Source: Macrostomum hystrix
Lineage: Eukaryota; Animalia; Platyhelminthes
DNA length: 64,000 nt
Assembly (NCBI GenBank): GCA_950097015.1
Contig: CATNEN010000001.1
Coordinates: 21,452,001 to 21,516,000, forward strand
Direction of reading: 5' to 3'
Made by a program: the position numbers and the translations under genes. The notes beneath the pieces are model-generated. The model had not been told where the DNA came from. It searched no databases and saw only the letters and a program-made list of their open reading frames with translations. Shown here piece after piece: positions 39,401 to 49,040 of the stretch; the first letter of the stretch is position 1; each line of letters begins with the position of its first letter.

Positions 39401-42400
39401 AAATAAATATTTTTCAGTTCCATTTCAAAGCTTCTGGAAGCTGTGCTGTAAGAATAAAACTGATTGCACTATTTCTCACCTGTAACACCCTGTATTCAAA
39501 TGCTTTACCACCTGAAGCAAACTCACGCAGTAAATTTCCAAATCAAACTATTACTTTGGGCACAGAATATCGTTATTGTTCATTGCTTATTTTATCCATA
39601 TTTTTTAAACAAATATTTAAAATGCAATGATTTGTCTAAAAAGAAAATCTGATAAAACTGACATTGTAATTTGATCATACGAGCGTATATTGAGTCAATT
39701 TATCTAAACGACAAGAGATAAGGAGGGGTTTGGAGGGTAAAAGGAGTGAGGAGGGGCCATGAGAGGGTAAGAGGGGTAAGGAAAGAGAGACAAAGACTGA
39801 GCCAATCAGAGACAATGGAGGGAAGAGAGAAAGGAAGGTTAGCTAGATTACTCAGAGAAAGGGACAAGTAATCATAATCTTATCGTTCGATTTTGTACAT
39901 GTGCTGTACAATGCAACAAAAGTCTCACGCACATTCTGCTCTACACTGTATGCTACACTATACAAACCAATGCTAGATACTTTATCACAAAATTTAATAT
40001 TTATGTCTGAGGGAGATTGTAGCCTAGTGGTAAGAGCTTCACACTTCTCACCTAGAGGTCGTGAGTTCGAGTCTCACAATTTGTATTCTTTGAGCAAGAC
40101 CCTAGTGCTTCGGAATTTTTTACGTAACTGTAAACAATAAATAATAATTATCCCTTGGTCCGCTTAGGCCAGATGTTCAGCCGACAGAACTACCGTAAGA
40201 CTGTTCAGTCCATGGACTGGGGGGCACCACACTCGCCCTGAATTGCATGTTATTCAGGGCGGGTTCCCACAGATGATGCTGGTGCCCATTTTACAGCTGA
40301 ACAATTAGGTGTCGTGCTTTTAAGTTGGGAATCGAACCCCGGACCTTTAGGTCATGATTCCGACGCTCTAACCACTAAGGCTAGGGGGGGTCGGTGGCAG
40401 AGCGGTTAACGCGTTTGCCTCTCGCACCAAGGTCCCTAAGCTCGATTCCACGGCGAGGCCACATTTCTTTGTGGCTCTCTATAAACAACTAGACTACAAT
40501 CCCATCCGTAAAATTCAGTAAACTGACTAAACAGCCCTTGGAAATTTCGCGGCATTACCACTGACTGTACAGTTATGTACAAAGGTGTAAGTTATTCATA
40601 TATTTCTAAACAAATGCATTAACTACAGTATCCAACCAGAAGCGCATGCTTGAAGAGCGGCTGCAGAAGTACGAGAGCTCCACCAAGCCCAACGTGAACT
40701 TCAAACTTCCGGAACTGCCAGCGCATAGCGGAGGTCCGATCTCTTCGCTGACTCTCAGCCTGATGGATGGCATTAAATGGAAGGTGAGAGATCTACTGAA
40801 TCTTTCTCGTTGTTAATGACCGGGGAATTTCCGTCATTTTGCTGACTTCGGATGGCTTTGAAAGTTGGTTCATCGTAAAAGGCAGAAAATGTTGATCCAT
40901 AGAGTGGACTTTCACGAAAATCGGTCATTCAGTTTGGGATCTATGGCGAAGTAGGCAGTGGATATTTAAGCGATATTATAGTGTCAAAATACATAGGGGA
41001 TTTGAGAAGTCTTCATGCCACCAAGACACACGCCACTATGGTACAACTGAACTCCATTCCATTTTTATTGCACAAGGAAAAATATTTGAACTTCTACTCT
41101 TTTTTCAGCATGCTGAGAAGGTAACTATTGACAGGCTTCATTCTTTCTTTCATTGCATTGCTCTGAAAACTTTTAATTCCGTCTTCCATTAGTTGTCCTA
41201 CAACTTCTTTACTTTACACTTTCTGTAGGAAATTATACTTGAAAGACGAAACAACGATACAGATATGGCCATTGCAGAGATCACAAAAATCAGATCAATA
41301 AAGTTTTGTTATGTACAATGATATTAAAGTTCTTGTTTTTTATGACTTTAATTCATGTACCACACAATCTGATAACTACTCGGATAAACACATATAACTA
41401 GCTAAATAAGATATATTGCATCAATTATGTATTATCTGTCCGATTTACAGAAAGCACCATGATCATTGGAATTGTGGTTACTACTCAAACTCATATTTTC
41501 CCATTTGCCGAACGACAGTAAGTCGAGTACGTCAGTATGAAATCACAGCTTTTTTTAGAATATCCTATAACAGAAACTAAAAAATGACATGACTATTCCA
41601 CATATGTGTTAAAAGTGTTAAAATACTAATAGTGTACTTAGCGTTTTTATCGGCTTGAATAGTTCGAGTAAAATCTACTAACAAAACGAATTCAGAATAT
41701 TGGATAAAAACTGCTTCAGGTTAGGACTAATTCAATTAAAAGTACATAATTATTCGATATGAAGCTCAACAAACTATTATAATTTTTCATGGAGCTTATT
41801 ATGAATTATAACCATTAGATTTTTTGCTTTTTTGTCTAGAATGAGGTAAGTTTCTTATACTATTGCAAAACAACTTATTTTATCAAGTGAATTTATTTTT
41901 TTAGTTTTTTTCATCTATCATTTCTTTTGAATATGACCATAAACCGTTTATTTAAGTCTAGATCGTTGCAACGCTGCGCGAACATAGTAACCTTTTTTAA
42001 ATTGCCGAGGAAAAATCGTTACAGTGCAGTTAAACAAAAGCAATATCCGGATTTTCCTATTAAGGAATACGCGGCTCGAGATTGGATGCAGGCTGGGGAG
42101 GAGCAAGCTGTTGCTGAGCCTCGCAGCCAAACACAGACGAAACTGCAGCCAACGGGAACCCAGTAAATACTGGCCCTGTTAATTCGAATGAATATTCATA
42201 TTTTGTACATTCTGCTTAGCTTATTTGACATTAAGCTAAAAGTAAATTTGGCAGCTATAGTTAGCAACGCTTGTGTAATTTATATTCTTGATAGTCAATT
42301 CGTTGTAAAAAATGTCGGACAAGTAATTATAAAAAAATAGCGCTATTGGTGTTTGGGTAAATCAATAATTGCATCGCACATTGTTGCAAGTATAATCTCG

Positions 42401-43424
42401 ACCAAGGTGAAGGTTTAATCGTCATTTTTCTGTTTGTCTTACAAGAAGTTTTGCTTAACTCGTTGTATACTTCGTTTTAACGGTGGAGGGTCATGCTTTT
42501 ATAGACGTTCAGCGAACTTAATATTCATTTTGTAAGTTCTGCTGCGAAGCACTCTTTGCGTTCTACTTTAAGTATTAATTATAAGTGTGTAAATATTGTG
42601 CCGCTTTGAAAAACGGTTCCTAACATAAAACAGCGTATGGTCCTTGTGATTTTGTTTAATGAAACAGGATGATGATGACAGGAGAGGACGCAGGTTTGTA
42701 ATTCTGATTAACAGCTGTCAATAATTGCTCAATATGGTCCTGAAGTTAAAATTGCTCTCGTGTTGTGTTTTGTAGCAGCTTAATTCTCACCAATTCACAG
42801 CGTCTGTGGGGGGATTTACGACCTATATGCAACAATCACGTTTTACGCTAGAACCTAGAAATTCAGTAAATTACGAGCTCGTATTATCAAGCTTTGAAAT
42901 CGGGTTTCTCAATGTACAATACAAAACTTCAGAATTATACTAATACAATATTTTCTTACCAGAGAATGTCATTCTTATTGATAATTTGGTGTGCAATTAA
43001 TCGCTTTCCCCAAATCTAAATAACAAGAGTTACTGATAGTAAAACTATAACTCAAATTAACCAGTTTTTTTATTATTTAAAATTTCAATAATAAAACCGA
43101 TTAAATTCCGTTCGAGACTATAGGCAAAAGCGAAAACGAATTCACGATAATAATAACTTTGGCGCTAATTTGATTCATTAAAAGTTAACTAATAACATAT
43201 TTTTTACAAATTGAACCATTGAACATACAAAAATGGCCTATAATTCTTGTTATTATGCATTCTTAAACTCCAACAATTTTTAGGAACGATTTGAAGACGA
43301 CGATGATCAAGCAGCAGAACTAGGCGATGATCAGCTGCAGCAACAGCAGCAACGAAAGGTGACAGCCAGTAAGAGGGCAGCCGTTCTTATCCGACAGGGC
43401 ACGAAGGAGACTGTTGCCGACTGA
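18500..43424 (+). CDS. RGS22/RGSL1-family multi-RGS-domain protein; first exon not found
   Basis: Phase-consistent exon chain: 18500-18591, 18707-18885, 18987-19099, 19181-19605, 19700-20172, 20405-20819, 21559-21830, 21927-22034, (23490-23642), 24507-24684, (cassettes), 31204-31295, 31491-31815, 33664-33777, 34682-34927, 36676-36867, 36951-37049, 37169-37358, 40629-40783, 43284-43424. The N-terminus LEDLLIYDDMFLDYFNAFLSLP...WAQGERLPLFTKTELYREYKLCKLL matches RGS22/RGSL1. RGS-like blocks include FFEFLRPTAGLQLVDFWLDCEFYK, LMFFQEVEEY and NLFFYVEAQKYK...IFDEAQFAVFKEMLPYW. Confidence 0.85.
20894..21236 (+). mobile_element. tRNA-derived SINE family A, full-length-like copy
   Basis: A-box TGGCAGAGTGG, B-box-like GTTCG, unique body and (TTA)n tail; homologous to 24865-25147, 40384-40488 and 56203-56266. 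Confidence 0.8.
22782..22864. mobile_element. Small inverted-repeat element (CCATAGACAT...ATGTCTATGG)
   Basis: Imperfect ~25-bp inverted termini. Confidence 0.4.
24865..25147 (-). mobile_element. SINE family A, inverted copy
   Basis: Reverse-complement homology to 20894-21236 (AGAAAGTCAGGGCAGATG, TGCTCAGGAGTCAG, GCCTCCTCGCTGGC). Confidence 0.8.
27389..27632 (+). mobile_element. SINE family B, 5'-truncated, with CORE-like domain
   Basis: TGTCCTTTAGCAAGACACTTAACTCTGCATTGCTTCAGTTCACCCAGCTGTTAAATGGGTACC resembles the CORE-SINE domain; internal palindrome CAGTCCATGGACTG; (TTA)n tail. Confidence 0.7.
27645..27878. mobile_element. Non-autonomous TIR element family (AACAGTAG...CTACTGTT termini)
   Basis: Inner IR GACCACGTAGGTATTTCAAAT / ATTTGAAATACCCGCGTGGTC; relatives at about 22168-22255, 33887-34384, 40860-40970 and 59234-59489. 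Confidence 0.65.
27930..28783. repeat. 23-bp minisatellite, about 37 copies
   Basis: CATCCTGACCATCATTCCACTGA. Confidence 0.95.
31405..31476 (-). mobile_element. tRNA-derived SINE head fragment
   Basis: Minus strand GTGGCGCAGCGGTCTAGCGC...GGGGTTCGAATCG (A and B boxes) without an intact cloverleaf; abuts the 3' splice site at 31490. Confidence 0.55.
32162..33040. mobile_element. hAT (Charlie/MER58-like) MITE carrying a minisatellite
   Basis: TIRs CAGGGGTAGGCAAAC / GTTTGCCGACCCCTG, subterminal GGCCCGCGGGCC, perfect 8-bp TSD GCTTAAAT at 32154-32161 and 33041-33048. Confidence 0.92.
32243..32945. repeat. 16-bp minisatellite (GACACGGGAGAGATTA)n inside the hAT MITE
   Basis: Direct reading; same family as 49343-50192 in the opposite orientation. 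Confidence 0.95.
33366..33530. repeat. 21-bp minisatellite, about 8 copies
   Basis: ATCATGGATTTGAAGGGCTAT. Confidence 0.9.
33887..34384. mobile_element. TIR element, relative of 27645-27878
   Basis: TAACAGTAGGACTACCA ... TGGTAGTTTTAACTGTTA imperfect inverted termini. Confidence 0.5.
37400..39320. repeat. 18-bp minisatellite, over 100 copies, intronic
   Basis: CTGTCTATTTCTCCCACT with CTA/CAA variants; starts about 40 bp after the donor at 37359. Confidence 0.97.
40011..40503. mobile_element. Nested SINE cluster: family-B head (+, 40011-40105), family-B copy (-, 40136-40382, 5' remnant 40489-40503), family-A head (+, 40384-40488)
   Basis: Three sets of A/B boxes; CAGTCCATGGACTG at 40206-40219; homology to 27389-27632 and 20894-20975. 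Confidence 0.75.
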
Positions 43425-45817
43425 TGTACTTTTAGTGTAAACTTGTCTCATGTACCATGTACCCCCACCTTTTTTTTAAATGATCGTCATAAACTTTAAA
43501 ACGTACATTTTATCGACAACGACAAAGATACGTTTTATGTATTAGCGCTAATCTGATTTTTTACGAGTTCTTTGATTTTGATTTGACGTTTTGTTTCTTT
43601 TGTCTAATTTTAAAATAATTTTATCATTATTAGCGGATTTCTGTAGTTTATTTCTCTCCGAGCAACAAATTTCCTTGTTGTCATTTCTAAAAAATATTTC
43701 TCTATCTGAATACTTTATTATAACTTGAAGCGAGTCTCTGAAAAAAGTAGCAGACGAAAATATTCATTCTTTGCGCCTGCTAAATTTCTCTACATTGTTA
43801 GAATGAAATCACTATAGCTTTTTTGCAGGTGTTTAAGATAACTACTTTTTGCACACAGCCGTATATAAGTAGTATGCTGAGGATGCTTTCATTTTTGGCG
43901 CGTCGCCCAACGCTCTTTGTACACACATTAAAAGTCGAATTTATTCACACAACTTTTTTCTGCGTATAATTTCTGCGTAATCGATAAAGTCGATTCTATT
44001 TTGATAAATCATATTTCAGATTTTAATTAAAATTGCCGATGAACTTTACTTTTTGTGATAGTAATGAATAGTTGTGCTGTGATAATGCGACTTCGCAAAA
44101 ATCACATTAATATATATTGGTATCAATTATACGAAATAAAAAATCTAACGACTTCAAGACACATCTTTTAGTTTCCATGTTAAGATCAACATATCGCAAT
44201 AGTTAAATCTTCATAATTTGGCACATAGTTTTGGCAGCAAATGCTGCGTTTCCATTATAGAAGACACGAATTCTTAGCAGATAAATGACTTCGTATCATA
44301 TTATGTATTTTTATAGATATTATGGTAACGTGTTTGTGACTGAGTTATTAAAAAAATAGCATTTATTTTCTTACAATACACAGACTGGCTTTGGAGTGTT
44401 TGAACTTTCTGTTTTTATTAAAATTATAAACGTTTTTGGTTATTTTATTTATAACGATATTTTATCACTTATGGTTTGTTAAAATAAAATAAAGCGCGCA
44501 TTTTCTTGGAACTTGGAATTCTTAGAACAACAGTATTTTTCCTATAATACATTAACAAAGCAGAGCCAGAGTAGATTTGTTATTGAGCGTTTTATTATAG
44601 AAACATCATATTTTACCAGTAGCTTATTGTTGTTAAACGGCCTTGTCCAATCTGTACTGCAGGTCAGCCCTTGTGGGGGCTCTACTGCTGTATATATTTT
44701 CTTGTATTAAAACATTTCTATTATAATATAAATATAAAAGTAAAAATGGAAATTTATATAAATTAATTAATAAGTTCATATAGAAATTAAGGCAGTGCTT
44801 ACGGCGTAACGAAAGGTTCTTTATTTCGTGAAATCTTTTACATTGACAAACATTTGGGCTTCTTGAATGTCTAATCCTCAGGCTATCTTGCTTCTTGCTA
44901 TAAAATAGTTTCATGTTTAGAATTTAGTGGTTGATACTTGGCACAGGCGAGCAGTCTGTTAGGCAAATCATTGATTTGTATTGTCAAGATATATAACAAT
45001 AGATATGTTGAGGTAACAAATTAAAAAAAATAGTTTTTATGGAATTTTAATTATAAGTAATTTTGCATTTTGGCAAGAATTTGGCATAAGTTATCACTTG
45101 AAAAGTTAGACATAATTTGGCAAACAAGGTATTTAGGTGATAAACTATATCAATTAGTGTATTAGCATTGTTGATAGAAGGGAGCACAATAAAAGCATAT
45201 GCAAAAGTTAGGGTTGACAAGATAATTTTTGGCTGGCTGGCATATATTTTAAATATTACTAGATTTTCTTCTGATATACAAAGTACATTGCAATGTGACT
45301 GCTTATTTTAATATACTATAGGTATACTAATTGTACTGATAGATCAAAATTTGAGTCAGATTAGGCATTCCATAGATTTTGATATTAGAAAATTCTTTAA
45401 TCAGCAATCAGACAATATTTTACTATGATCTAGCAATATCTATCTAGCTTAATCAAATTAATACATTGTCACTGTGTTCCTAACTTAATTCCTAGATCCC
45501 AACTCTTTCTGGATCCTAAGTCCTAACCTGACTCCTAGATCTTAACTCAATTTCAAAATCCCAACTCTAATCTTGTATCTCAAATCTACTTCTACGTGTG
45601 CCAGCTTAATTTATAAATCTCATCCCATCTCAACTAAACTTCTCAGACACCACAGCTCAATCCCTAGATCCTAATTCAATTGACAATTAGTTTTCTGAAA
45701 TCCCTGTTTCTTGGCTTATCCTCAGATCCAGACTGTGGAAAGATATTTGAATAGAGATCAGGTACACAATTCTCAGCGCCCATCTATTTTCCAGCCCTAT
45801 CCTAATCATTGGCTGCC

Positions 45818-47524
45818 ATGCCCCTAGCCTTGCCAATCATAGGCCAGCTCATGTCAGCCCTGAGGCTCTCAGCAGCCATGCCAGGCGGCATCCATAGGTA
45901 TCTGCACTCCACACCTGCACTAGCCAAGAACAAAGGCAAGCCCCGAGCCAAGACCATCCCGGTGGCCACAGCGGCTAAGAGGACACCTCGGGATGGCAGC
46001 TCGCAGGCATTGCTTAATCTGACGCCGGAAGCTTTGAAGAAAAACATTGAAGATCGCAACGCTGCTGAGCTGGCCGATCCGAGGCGTGGTCGCAAGCCGG
46101 ACCCGAACTCCTGTCACCTGCGTGACCTGTTCGAGCCGAGGCGGTTGCCGCTGGCCGAGGTTCTGCGGCGACATCGGGAATTCGCCTGCCCGGAGATGCT
46201 GAATAATCCCAGCGGCCGGCTGTACGCCACCTGCCTGTTTGACATGACGGCTGGCAAGTCTGGCAAGTTCACTGCCCCGTTCTCCAAGGTGAGGCTGCGA
46301 AGGCTGGGAGGCGAGGGTATCAGCCCAGGAGCTGAGAAACTATTTGGGGTGGTATCGCCCGAGAAACTATAAAGAATGGTATCGACCGAGAAACTTTTGT
46401 GGTGGTATCGACCGAGAAACTATAAAGAATGGTATCGACCGAGAAACTATTGTGGTGGTATCGACCGAGAAACTATTAGGGAGGTGGTATCGACCGAGAA
46501 ACTATTGGGGAGGTGGTATCGACCGAGAAACTATTGGGGAGGTGGTATCGACCGAGAAACTGTTGTGGTGGTATCGACTGAGTCACTGAGAAACTATTGG
46601 GGTGGTGGTATCGACCGAGAAACTATTAGGGATGGTATCGACCGAGAAACTATTATCGGTGGTATCGGCCTAGGAACTATTGTAAAAAGTAATCCCAACT
46701 CTTCCGCAATCCCAGGTGATTCGGCTGCCTCACCTGCTCCCGGACAATGTGGTCCGTCAGCACAATGTCATAGCATTCTGCTCCTCGCCGGAGAGTGCCG
46801 AGGAGCTCAAAGCCAAGGGCGCGGTGGATGCCGGTGGCTTGGATCTGATCAACAAGCTGGAGACTGGCGTGTACATTCTCGAGAACTTCGATTACGTCAT
46901 CTGCCATCCGGACTTCTGGCCCAGCCTGCTCAAGGCTCGCAAACTGCTCAAAGACGCAATGCCGCAGCAGAGGTCGTCTCAGGTCACTGAGGATCTGGTG
47001 TCCGCTCTAGAGTTGTACAAGTGAGCTTCTGTTGACATTACTACGAGTAGATACTAGATACTAACTCAAGTCACAAAAGTCTAACTCAAAATCTTCGTTT
47101 CCGAATGCAACTTCCCATATCCCAACTCAAATCCCAAATCCCCTTAAATCTTAAATTCTTAACTCAAATCCCAAATCCCCTTAGGCACGGACTGCCAGTG
47201 AAGCTGGTTCAGGCCGGCGACCTGCCCGACCGCGCCCAATGCCGGGTGCCATTCGGGCTGCTTGACTGGCCGGACTACAACATCGACATGAACCTAGCGG
47301 CCATTGTTAGCGGCCTGCTAGCCGAGAAGCCCAAGCGATCAAGCCGGGAATTCCTGCTGTCCGTGGCCGTGACCTGCCCGCCGTCCGACGAGCTGTTCTT
47401 AGTTGACTGGCAGCCCTACCTGGCAGCTGGAGGACAGGGGCAGACTGGATCTGCGGCTGGAGCCAATGCTGAGTCCGCTGCGGCTGAGACTGAGACTGGC
47501 GAGACTGTTGCAGCGACAGGATGA
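45818..47524 (+). CDS. MRPL1: Mitochondrial ribosomal protein L1 (uL1m), 371 aa; exons 45818-46288, 46716-47020, 47185-47524
   Basis: Presequence-like N-terminus; ...APFSK|VIRLPH...VIAFC...AKGAVDAGGLDLINKL...FDYVICHPD...VPFGLLDW...NLAAIV...FLLSVAVTCPPSDELF fits the L1 family; splice phases consistent. Confidence 0.85.
46333..46680. repeat. 26-29-bp minisatellite filling MRPL1 intron 1
   Basis: GGTATCGACCGAGAAACTAT(TGGGGAGGT). Confidence 0.9.
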
Positions 47525-47644
47525 AATATTCCTCACTGGCTTAGTAGAGACCTCAGGCTGATAGTTGCTTGATTCGAAATATATCCCGTTTGTGTGTCAT
47601 TTTTAGCGACCCTAAATGTCCCTCACCCGATTGAAATCCTCCTT

Positions 47645-48712
47645 AATCTTAAACCTCAAATCCGAATCCCATTCAATCCCTAACCCTCAGATCCTAATCC
47701 CTTACAATCACCAACCCTCAGATCCTAATCCCTTACAATCCCTAACCCTCAGATCCTAATCCCTTACAATCCCTAACCCTCAGATCCTAATCCCTTACAA
47801 TCCCTAACCCTCAGATCCTAATCCCTTACAATCCCTAACCCTCAGATCCTAATCCATTACAATCCCTAACCCCCAGATCCTAATCCCTTACAATCCCTAA
47901 CCCTCAGATCCTAATCCCTTACAATCCCTAACCCTCAGATCCTAATCCCTTACAATCCCTACCCCCAGATCCTAATCCCTTACAATCCCTACCCTCAGAT
48001 CCTAATCCCTTACAATCCCTAACCCTCAGATCCTAATCCCTTACAATCCCTAACCCTCAGATCCTAATCCCTTACAATCCCTACCCCCAGATCCTAATCC
48101 CTTACAATCCCTAACCCTCAGATCCTAATCCATTACCACAATCCCTAACCCTCAGATCCTAATCCCTTACAATCCCTAACCCTCAGATCCTAATCCCTTA
48201 CAATCCCTACCCCCCAGATCCTAATCCCTTACAATCCCTACCCCCAGATCCTAATCCCTTTCAATCCCTAACCCTCAGATCCTAATCCCTTACAATCCCC
48301 AACCCTCAGATCCTAATCCCTTACAATCCCTAACCCTCAGATCCTAATCCCTTACAATCCCTTACCCTCAGATCCTAATCCCTTACAATCCCTAACCCTC
48401 AGATCCTAATCCCTTACAATCCCTACCCCCAGATCCTAATCCCTTACAATCACCAACCCTCAGATCTTAATCCATTACAATCCCTACCCCCAGATCCTAA
48501 TCCCTTTCTATCCCTAACCCTCAGATCCTAATCCATTACAATCCCTAACCCTCAGATCCTAATCCCTTTCAATCCCTAACCCTCAGATCCTAATCCATTA
48601 CAATCCCTAACCCTCAGATCCTAATCCCTTTCAATCCCCAACCCTCAGATCCTAATCCCTTTCAATCCCCAACCCTCAGATCCTAATCCCTAATAATCCC
48701 TAACCCTCAGAT
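47645..48712. repeat. 31-bp minisatellite containing the telomeric hexamer CCCTAA, about 34 copies
   Basis: CCTAACCCTCAGATCCTAATCCCTTACAATC. Confidence 0.95.
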
Positions 48713-49026
48713 TAAAAAAACGTTCTGCCAAGATCCATCGCAGATCCTAACCGTGAAACTGAAGTCCTAAAGCGCAAACAATTCTGTTTTATTGTTAGCT
48801 AAGAGTTTTGGCATTTCGTATTAATAAATATACAGTACTTTGCTGATAGAACACTGTGCAGTTTCAGGCAATTTAGTGCATATGAAAATATGCTGCTTTT
48901 ATAAATGTTAGACTTCGAATAGCCATTGTCCTACTGACATGCTTTGTCAGTAACGCAAACGGACTAAAAATTCGTGTTTTCTCATAAAAAGTAAGTTTAA
49001 GAAGCGCCAAATAATTTTTTCAGCTG

Positions 49027-49040
49027 GTTGCCATGGCAAC
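49027..49040. promoter_or_regulatory. Perfect palindromic RFX X-box GTTGCCATGGCAAC overlapping the Hv1 ATG
   Basis: Exact 14-bp match to the X-box consensus GTNRCC-AT-RGYAAC; binding untested. Confidence 0.55.

Noticed and set aside
37121-39406. 761-aa and 648-aa ORFs
   Set aside because: Only 37169-37358 is exonic; the rest is translation of an 18-bp array open in several frames
40011-40470. tRNA genes (also 20894-20975 and 31405-31476)
   Set aside because: A and B boxes are present but cloverleaf stems are broken and the sequences continue into SINE bodies
47645-48712. True telomere or chromosome fusion site
   Set aside because: No pure (TTAGGG)n run and no head-to-head inversion; the hexamer is embedded in a 31-bp unit
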